64,000 nucleotides of DNA, taken from positions 2,464,001 to 2,528,000 of the forward strand of contig OZ243938.1 in the NCBI GenBank assembly GCA_965214095.1, given 5' to 3'. The first letter of the stretch is position 1. Every line of letters starts with the position of its first letter. Both the position numbers and the translations under genes were made by a program. Below the pieces are notes generated by a model that did not search any database, had not been told where the DNA came from, and worked only from the letters and a program-made list of their open reading frames with translations. This DNA comes from Candidatus Poribacteria bacterium. GTDB taxonomy: Bacteria > Poribacteria > WGA-4E > WGA-3G. Below, piece after piece: positions 10,075 through 18,001 of the stretch.

Positions 10075-11673
10075 ATGCATAAATTAACTTCTCGTCCTCA
10101 GTTTGAATATTCCAATTTCGGGTTGACCTGTTTACGAAATACGAATGGGTTATCGCTGATTTCAACACTATGGATTCTGACCGTCCTTTCTGTTTTGGCG
10201 ATGCAGATGTTGTATTCTTACGAGCTTGAGAATAAAGCACAACGGAACTTTTTTGACAGAGTTAAACATCATTATGCAGCAAAGACAGGTTTTGAGTTGG
10301 GTGTTGCAAAATTAGCCGTAGATGAAACCAATTTTGACTCAACCGGAGAATCGTGGGCTGAACCGATCCAACAGCAAATTGAGGATGGTATACAACTTGG
10401 TGGATTCATTAACTATCAGGTGAACATTACAGATGAAGGGACAAAGATTAATCTCAATGCGGCTGAAGAAGATCAGATCCGCAATCTAATCTCGTTTTTA
10501 GGAGCACAACCAGAAATCAATGAATTAGGCGACCTTGCAACACGAATTATTGAGGGACGACCCTACCGTACTATCCGAGATGTAGCACGTGTACAAGGAA
10601 TGACAGACGAAATACTTTACGGATTACAACAACAAGCTGCAGCGGAAGAAGCGACAAGTGGGACCGCATCTATGCCAAGTGGATCCGCAACCCTAACAAA
10701 TACTCCCGATACTGTACTTCCACCAACGTTAACAATGACAAGTGCCGGTGGTCTTGTGAATGTTGCGACCGTCAGTTCCGTTGACACGAACACAGATGCA
10801 AATGGGGAACAACGCGTAAATATCAATTCAGCAAATGCAAATCAGATACAGCAGATTCAATCTAATAACAATCAGAATGTTTTTTCACAAGGTGAGGCAA
10901 ATGCAATTATTCAGAGTCGTAATCACAGCGGGATTTCTGCTTTGTTAGATGTCCAAGTTGTATCTGACAATGTATTTAATAACATTCAGAACCAAATTTC
11001 TGTTCAAGATACTGCCAGTAGTAATGATTTTGGTTTTGGTGGTGGAGATGATTTTGGTTTTGGTGGTGGAAGAAATAACAATAACTTTGAAGAAAATAGT
11101 GGAAATTCAAATGTTAATATCAATACCGCAAGTTCACAAGACCTTCAGGAACTTAATGGCATTGATAGTGGCATCGCTGACAGGATTATTGCCCACCGAA
11201 ACTCTCAAGGTAATTTCCAAAACATAGATGCAATTAAACAGGTAAGGTTACTAACTGTTCGTGAACTCGCAAATATCGCTGATAAAGTAACAACAAGAGA
11301 CGGAGATACGGTAAATGGATTAATCAATATAAATACCGCACCTGTTGAAATATTGCAACTTTTACCGGGAATGGATCAGACGAAAGCACAAGCAATTGTT
11401 GCTCGACGTGAAGAAGAAAACCCAGAAATACAAGAGCAATATGAAGGAACAGTTAAAGGTAACCCGTTCAGTGACATTGCCCAACTATTGGATATTGATG
11501 AAATTGATGATCAAACCTTCCGAGAAGTGGTGGATTGGGTTACATATCGTTCACACGGATATCGTATTGTATCCTCTGGGATTGATGCAAGTGGGAAAGT
11601 AGTAGCAACATGTGTAGGAATCGTTGTGCGAAATGGGGACCAATTAACTATTCCATATTGGCGGCAAGACTAA
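10075..11673 (+). CDS. gspK: GspK-like pseudopilin with multiple helix-hairpin-helix (ComEA-like) repeats
   Basis: TNG|LSLISTLWILTVL lacks E5, as expected for GspK; ESWA, ITDEGTKINLN; four IN(I/L)NxA-type repeats. Confidence 0.85.
   Translation: MHKLTSRPQFEYSNFGLTCLRNTNGLSLISTLWILTVLSVLAMQMLYSYELENKAQRNFFDRVKHHYAAKTGFELGVAKLAVDETNFDSTGESWAEPIQQQIEDGIQLGGFINYQVNITDEGTKINLNAAEEDQIRNLISFLGAQPEINELGDLATRIIEGRPYRTIRDVARVQGMTDEILYGLQQQAAAEEATSGTASMPSGSATLTNTPDTVLPPTLTMTSAGGLVNVATVSSVDTNTDANGEQRVNINSANANQIQQIQSNNNQNVFSQGEANAIIQSRNHSGISALLDVQVVSDNVFNNIQNQISVQDTASSNDFGFGGGDDFGFGGGRNNNNFEENSGNSNVNINTASSQDLQELNGIDSGIADRIIAHRNSQGNFQNIDAIKQVRLLTVRELANIADKVTTRDGDTVNGLININTAPVEILQLLPGMDQTKAQAIVARREEENPEIQEQYEGTVKGNPFSDIAQLLDIDEIDDQTFREVVDWVTYRSHGYRIVSSGIDASGKVVATCVGIVVRNGDQLTIPYWRQD
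11024..11071 (+). repeat. 24-nt in-frame tandem duplication (DFGFGGG x2)
   Basis: atgattttggttttggtggtgga(g/a) occurs twice back to back. Confidence 0.9.
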
Positions 11674-11714
11674 CAACCAATATTCATTATTGTTCATAAT
11701 AGAGGCAATCATAA

Positions 11715-13469
11715 ATGGCAAAAAATCAGGTTGTAGCAATAGACATCGGTAATACAAACGTAAAAATACTCTACATTGAGAAAACACCTGAAGGATTACG
11801 TTTGGCTGGGGCAGGTGTTTCTTCTATCACGAACCCTGAAAACATAGAACAAACAGCTGCTACCATCAAAGAATTATGGAACCGTCTCGGTATTAAGCAA
11901 AACATATTCAACAAGCATAGAATGGAAGTTGCAATTTCTCTACCCAGAGGTTCTGTAGTTACGAAACGTTTACCTAATTTACCCGCTTCAACAACAGATG
12001 CTCAGTTGCCTTCAATAATTGAAATGGCTGCTGAAACAGAACTTCCTTTTCAGCCAGATGAGTCTGTCTTTACATACCACGATGTTCAACGTTCAACAGA
12101 AAGTGTCTCTGTTGAATTGGTTTCAACGCGGCGCGATACAGTAACACGGTATACAGAAACAATCGCAGCAACTGGTAATACTCCCTCAGCAATTATTCCT
12201 TCCATGTTAGCCATCGGAACAGTTGCCCGTGATGCATTAACTAATCCAGAAGCGCGAACAATTATCGTAGACGTTGGGGCAGGACATACAGACTTCTGTT
12301 TAATGAATGGTAATACACTGCAATTTTCACGCGGATTTTCTGTCAGTGGTAACCATCTGACACGAACCCTTATGACAGAACTCCAGGTTGACGCAGAAAC
12401 GGCTGAACAAGAAAAACAAAACATTCCAGCTAATCAACTGCCTACCCGAACCTGGACGAGAAATTTCATCGCAGAAATAGAACGTTCCATCGCTGCAGCG
12501 CAACGCGAAATAAACGATGAGCAATTTGGTGAAATTGATGAAGTATGGTTATGTGGTGGTGGGGCAAGAGTACCAGAATTAGTCGAAACATGTCAGGAAC
12601 AACTCCAAATACCAACAAGACGCTGGAATCCCCTGCAAGCGGGTGTTCTGGATACAAGTAGCATCGATTCATCAATACTTGAAACCTATGGTGACACACT
12701 GGCAATACCATTAGGGATTGGACTACATGTATTAGAAACTGAAAAACCTATATCACTGTTGCCAACAGAGGTAGGTGCAAAACGCGCAGAATCTACCCGA
12801 AAACACCAACAACTTATCGCTGCCGGAATTACTGGCTTTGTTATTCTCGTGTTAGTACTTAGCGGAATTACATTTAGCAGATCACAAAAATCCAAAGAAG
12901 ACTTTTTAGATCAACGGATAGCCACTTATACAATGCTTCAAAATGATGCAAGCAGGCAACTTGCACGTGAACTAATATTAGTAGACAAATTGACACATCA
13001 AATTTCACCGATAGATGTATTACATGCACTCAGCACACTCTTTAATGATAGAACGAAAGTCGCATGGAAAACATTTGAAATAAGCAATTTAGATGACCTA
13101 GAAAAAGCAAGGATTTCATTTAGTCTACAAGCAAATTCACACGATGCAATTAACTCTATGCCAGAAATCCTAAATCGGACAAATCTGTTTAGCAATATTG
13201 AGACTGGTGAAGTTACGACAACGGGGGATGAAAGGAGACCAACGTTTGAAGTTAAAATCACATGTCGATTGACAAATGAAGCGATCCAATTGTTTGCACA
13301 GAAACGGCATCCGAAACCTGTTATTGAATTCAATGAGGTAATTCCAGAAGACATTAATGAGGAGGTTCCAGATGACATTGATATATCTCCGCCTTCTGAT
13401 CAAATTGAACCGACAGATGAACCTGATGATACGACAACTGATGAAGGAAACGAAGCAGAGGAAGAATAA
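11715..13469 (+). CDS. PilM-like actin-fold protein fused to a TM segment and PilN/GspL-like periplasmic domain
   Basis: VAIDIGNTNVK, IVDVGAGHTD, LCGGGARVP, WNPL; then ISLLP, a TM helix, a ferredoxin-like region and an acidic tail. Confidence 0.82.
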   Translation: MAKNQVVAIDIGNTNVKILYIEKTPEGLRLAGAGVSSITNPENIEQTAATIKELWNRLGIKQNIFNKHRMEVAISLPRGSVVTKRLPNLPASTTDAQLPSIIEMAAETELPFQPDESVFTYHDVQRSTESVSVELVSTRRDTVTRYTETIAATGNTPSAIIPSMLAIGTVARDALTNPEARTIIVDVGAGHTDFCLMNGNTLQFSRGFSVSGNHLTRTLMTELQVDAETAEQEKQNIPANQLPTRTWTRNFIAEIERSIAAAQREINDEQFGEIDEVWLCGGGARVPELVETCQEQLQIPTRRWNPLQAGVLDTSSIDSSILETYGDTLAIPLGIGLHVLETEKPISLLPTEVGAKRAESTRKHQQLIAAGITGFVILVLVLSGITFSRSQKSKEDFLDQRIATYTMLQNDASRQLARELILVDKLTHQISPIDVLHALSTLFNDRTKVAWKTFEISNLDDLEKARISFSLQANSHDAINSMPEILNRTNLFSNIETGEVTTTGDERRPTFEVKITCRLTNEAIQLFAQKRHPKPVIEFNEVIPEDINEEVPDDIDISPPSDQIEPTDEPDDTTTDEGNEAEEE

Positions 13470-13528
13470 CAGACAAATTCGCACTTCGTTGCACAAACCA
13501 ACCTACACAAGTAGGTGAGGATATAATC

Positions 13529-14878
13529 GTGAAATTTGATTTTGAACTTACAAACCAAACGAAATTATTGCTCGGAATTCTGTTAGTTGCACTGATAGCA
13601 GCAATAGCAACACAATGGGGACCAGGCATCTATAAACTTGTCTCAAATCCCGCGATGAAAACTAAGAGAGAAACTCTTAAAACATCTAAAGATTTAGTAG
13701 ATGCATCTAAAATACTGAAACCTATTGAGGCAGGGCTGTACCAAAAAACTGGGCTTGCAGATGAGGGAGAAGCTGTCACAATATTTGATGGGAATTACCC
13801 CGCATCAGTCGTGCGTAAGAAAATAGATGGAATCGTAAAAAATGCTGGAATACCTGCAAATTACCAAATAAATTATGAAGTTGTTCCCGGTAAGAAATCT
13901 GAGAGAATCTCTCCTCAGGCACGCGGAAATCTTGCTGTGTTTGCATATCGGCAAAAATTGGAAGCAGAAAAGGTTGACCTCAATGCCGAAATTGCTGCAT
14001 TTGAAGCTGAACTTCAAGCACAATCCGATGCTGATATGGATGTTGAAAGTGATGCCATGGATATGTTTCTTGATGCATGGTTAGATGAGGCAGATGTGGA
14101 ATCCGAAGAATCTAAAGAAACGGAAAAGTCTGAAGATAAAGTTTATGATGAAAAAGAGAAAACCACAGAAACAACTGATGAACAAAAACAGGAAACACCA
14201 GAAAAACCGTCTGATGTTGAGGATGATGTGTCTGATACCGAAAATGATAAGGAAGAAACTCCAGAACCATCTGAAGAATCAGACAAAAATCAAAATGATG
14301 TTGATCTCTTAGCAGATGATAATGTTGAATGGAAATTTGAATCATTACCCGATTCCATGCCAATTTCAATTAGGATTGAACTTATTGATCTCATTTTACC
14401 AATGATAGAACAACATCTCGTTGGAGCTGAGAAAACACTTTTTGAAAAACATTACTTTAAAACTCAAACGAGAACGTCCTCCGGGTTCTTTGGTATCGGT
14501 GCTAAGGAAGCTACGAATGAGATTAGTTTTCGTCCGAATAGCGATGTTCTTGCCAAACTTACAAATCTCATTGATACTTATGGGGAAGAATTAAATAAAC
14601 AACAACTTAGAATTGATTTCCTTGAATATATGGATAGGATTCAATCTCAAATTGAGGAACTCACCCAGAAGTTACAATTGGCACCTACTGTCTATACGCC
14701 AGAAAGTTATTCTGTAAAAATGAAATTTAAAGCGGAAATCGATAAACTCGTTAACTTAAACAAGATAATCGAAACCACAAGCAAATGGTTGATGGTCCGA
14801 GATTTACAAATTTCCACAGATAACAAAGATAATAAGATTAATGTAGAAGTTCTAATGATTGCGAGGGTTTACCAATAA
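13529..14878 (+). CDS. probable GspM/PilO-like membrane-anchored protein with a long acidic insertion
   Basis: N-terminal TM, coiled coil, C-terminal YSVKMKF...WLMVRDLQIS...INVEVLM; lies between the PilM/N-like gene and the secretin. Confidence 0.6.
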   Translation: MKFDFELTNQTKLLLGILLVALIAAIATQWGPGIYKLVSNPAMKTKRETLKTSKDLVDASKILKPIEAGLYQKTGLADEGEAVTIFDGNYPASVVRKKIDGIVKNAGIPANYQINYEVVPGKKSERISPQARGNLAVFAYRQKLEAEKVDLNAEIAAFEAELQAQSDADMDVESDAMDMFLDAWLDEADVESEESKETEKSEDKVYDEKEKTTETTDEQKQETPEKPSDVEDDVSDTENDKEETPEPSEESDKNQNDVDLLADDNVEWKFESLPDSMPISIRIELIDLILPMIEQHLVGAEKTLFEKHYFKTQTRTSSGFFGIGAKEATNEISFRPNSDVLAKLTNLIDTYGEELNKQQLRIDFLEYMDRIQSQIEELTQKLQLAPTVYTPESYSVKMKFKAEIDKLVNLNKIIETTSKWLMVRDLQISTDNKDNKINVEVLMIARVYQ

Positions 14879-17874
14879 TGAAAATGTGCAGAAACGTTGT
14901 TTGTTCAAAGTGGATACATAAACTGAATACTTACATGGTTATTCTGGTGTGTTTAGGTACATTCCTCCTTATTCCGGGAGACCTATTCGCACAACGGGGT
15001 GGTCAGAGTACAATGGAAGTTGCTGAACGGGATGAGGAAACTGGTGAACCCTTAACGTTTAACTTCAACTTCACCAGTGATGAACTCAAAAATGTGTTTG
15101 AATGGCTTTCACGAGAAACCGACCTTACGATTATCGCAAGTGAAAACGATATTCAAGGGAAAAAATTCGCATTAATTAACCTCAGAAACGTCACGCTTGA
15201 TGAAGTCATAGAACATGTCAAAACGATTCTCGCTCAATATAACTTAACATTTGTTAAATCCAATAGCACCCTCATTGTGACTACTTTTGAAAAAGCTACT
15301 GTGATGAATGTACCGGTGAAAGTTATACAGGCAGATCCAGAACAAGTAGAAATGACTGATGAAATACAGACTTACATTATCCAATTGGAAAATGCCGCCG
15401 CAACAGAACAAGCCGGGGTTTTGAAACCTTTATTAAATAGACAGGCAAACATCTTTGCAGATTCAATGACAAACGCACTTGTCATCACAGATGTGTCATC
15501 TAACGTTCACAGAATCGTTTCAATTTTGCAATTCGCAGATGAAGGTGACCCTTCTCCATTAAAAATAGCTTTAATCCCACTTGCTTACGCGGACGCTGAA
15601 TCTCTAAAACAAACATTTGACAAAGTATTTGATGATAGCAATGAAGATGACACTCCCCCAGGAAGACAGGTTGCTATGAGTCCCGAGGAAATTAGGCAAG
15701 CTATTGAAGATGGCATTGGAATACCATTAGTTGAGGGAATGGTCAAGGTGGAGGCAGATAGCAGTTCAAATACGCTTATTATCAAAGCAGCTGAAGAAAA
15801 TATAACACTACTTAAAGAAATAATTCTTCATCTTGATAAAGCACCAACCCTTTCAACAGATATTCGCACATTTCGTCTCGAATATGCAATAGCAGAAGAT
15901 GTTGCCACAACACTTGAAGAGATAATCACTGGAGATAATATACAAGGTGGTGGGAGAAGAAGTTTTGACAGAGAAGATATTTTAGAAATGATGACATATC
16001 GCAGAAACCAAGGTAACACAAGTGATATTTTTCAAGGTATTGTTGGCTTGGTAAACATCTCTTATGACGAACGGTTGAACATCGTTATTATCTCTTCTGA
16101 TCCCCGCAATTTCACCATTATTGAGAAAATCATTGAAGTACTTGATCAACAGCAGACAGAAAATGAGTTCAAGATGTATCTGCTTGAATTTGCAGATGCT
16201 GTAACCCTAAAGGAGAACCTAACCCAACTGTTTGAAGGTGAGGATACAGGCGGTGGTAGCAGCCGAAGTTGGTGGGATTGGGATAGAAGGTCATCATCCA
16301 ACCAAGATACCGGTTTTGGGGTACAAGGCACTGTTCACATGGTTGAAGATATTAGACTGAATGCATTGCTCATTTCTACTTCTGCTCAGAATTTTGCAAT
16401 GATTGATGATCTGATCAAAAAACTTGATGTCAACCTACCTGACCAAGAATGGGGGTCAAAGATCTTTTATCTCAAATATGCTGATGCTGAAAATATCGCA
16501 AATCTAATAAACACACATTATCAAGGAAACCAAGACGATTTTAGTGGTGGAGATAGTTACTATTATTACAGATATACTCTGCCGCAACGTCAATCAACCC
16601 CGCAAGCACAAGGCTCACTCGCAGGTAATGTCGCAGCACAACCTTTAGCGAGTCACAATGCACTCATTGTTTCAACAGGAACAAAACGAAACTTTGAGAT
16701 GGTAGAAAGCTTTATTAAACAACTGGATATACCGACACCTCCGCCGATGGCTGAAGTTACTCAAATCATTCGTCTTGAATACGCAACGGCGGATGCACTT
16801 GTTCAGGTGCTTGAACAAGTGTGGCAAGAAGTGCAATCTGAGGATGAAGGTTCTGGTTTTCGAAGGTTTTTCAGTTCAAGATTTGGTGAGGAAGAACCGA
16901 CTGATATAAATTCACTCTTCGGTAAAGTCACTATTTATGCCGATCCAGATACAAACTCACTTGTTGTCACCACCCGCCGTCGTTATCTTGATCAGGTGAA
17001 AGCACTTATAAAAAGACTTGATTTCGTTAGAGGACAAGTGCGGATTGATATTAAAATCCTTGAAGTTACCCTTGATGAAACGACAAAACTCGGTATTGAA
17101 ATGGCTGCTAATGAAAAGAAACTTGGTGGTCTTGAACTCAGTCCGATTAACCCACTTATTGGGGATGCAAATGCTGAACTTGGACTTGCACAAGAAATTT
17201 CTGGTTTCAATTATAGTTTGGTTACCAAAGAATATATGGCACTGCTTCACACACTTATCCGTGAAAATAAAGTCAAAACACTTTCTACACCAACGATCAC
17301 GACACGCGATAGCCATGCTGCTACATGGAGCAGTGGACGCAGAATCCCATATCTCCAAAGCGTTGATACCAATAGTATCCTTGGAGATACCGCTACACAA
17401 CCGCTTTTCAACTACGATTTTATCGATCCACCTGTCGGTATTAACATATCACTCATACCTTATATCGCAAGATCACAAGCAGATGAAAATGGAAAACGAA
17501 CAATCGGATTAGATATTACAAATATCAGTGCCAGTAACTTTATTGAATTCACAGATTTTAATGCCCCAATAACAGATGATAACTCACTCAGTGTCTATAT
17601 TGACGTTGAAGATGGACAACAACTTATCGTCGGTGGTATTATTCGCAAGAAACAGAAACAGGTGGAAAACAAAGTGCCTATACTTGGCGATATTCCTTTA
17701 CTCGGAAGGCTCTTCAAAAGCACAGAAACCGAAGTTCAAGATACTGAGATTGTGTTCATTATTACACCGCACATCATAGATATAAAGAACCCTGCTGACC
17801 TTGAAAAACTGAAGCAGAAAGAGGCAGAGTGGCGAAAAAATGGACAGATTGATTTAGAGGAATCAACGAAATAG
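14878..17874 (+). CDS. gspD: secretin GspD, copy 1 (998 aa)
   Basis: Signal peptide, N0 domain, repeated LxYAxA NolW-like domains, QVRIDIKILEV, LSTPTITT, KVPILGDIPLLGRLFKS, IVFIITPHII. Confidence 0.93.
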   Translation: MKMCRNVVCSKWIHKLNTYMVILVCLGTFLLIPGDLFAQRGGQSTMEVAERDEETGEPLTFNFNFTSDELKNVFEWLSRETDLTIIASENDIQGKKFALINLRNVTLDEVIEHVKTILAQYNLTFVKSNSTLIVTTFEKATVMNVPVKVIQADPEQVEMTDEIQTYIIQLENAAATEQAGVLKPLLNRQANIFADSMTNALVITDVSSNVHRIVSILQFADEGDPSPLKIALIPLAYADAESLKQTFDKVFDDSNEDDTPPGRQVAMSPEEIRQAIEDGIGIPLVEGMVKVEADSSSNTLIIKAAEENITLLKEIILHLDKAPTLSTDIRTFRLEYAIAEDVATTLEEIITGDNIQGGGRRSFDREDILEMMTYRRNQGNTSDIFQGIVGLVNISYDERLNIVIISSDPRNFTIIEKIIEVLDQQQTENEFKMYLLEFADAVTLKENLTQLFEGEDTGGGSSRSWWDWDRRSSSNQDTGFGVQGTVHMVEDIRLNALLISTSAQNFAMIDDLIKKLDVNLPDQEWGSKIFYLKYADAENIANLINTHYQGNQDDFSGGDSYYYYRYTLPQRQSTPQAQGSLAGNVAAQPLASHNALIVSTGTKRNFEMVESFIKQLDIPTPPPMAEVTQIIRLEYATADALVQVLEQVWQEVQSEDEGSGFRRFFSSRFGEEEPTDINSLFGKVTIYADPDTNSLVVTTRRRYLDQVKALIKRLDFVRGQVRIDIKILEVTLDETTKLGIEMAANEKKLGGLELSPINPLIGDANAELGLAQEISGFNYSLVTKEYMALLHTLIRENKVKTLSTPTITTRDSHAATWSSGRRIPYLQSVDTNSILGDTATQPLFNYDFIDPPVGINISLIPYIARSQADENGKRTIGLDITNISASNFIEFTDFNAPITDDNSLSVYIDVEDGQQLIVGGIIRKKQKQVENKVPILGDIPLLGRLFKSTETEVQDTEIVFIITPHIIDIKNPADLEKLKQKEAEWRKNGQIDLEESTK

Positions 17875-18001
17875 GTGTTGATTTCATTTAAATCAAGCCT
17901 TGAAAGCAGACTGTTTTAAATAATGCTAACGCAACCTGACATGCTAAGATTTATCAAAACTATATCAATTTTTAAGTTCGAATAATTACGAGGAACTATT
18001 A

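Noticed and set aside
13480-13520. Degenerate minus-strand GTAGGTTGG REP-like sequence inside the secretion operon
   Set aside because: The stem is incomplete and there is only one copy; too weak to call.
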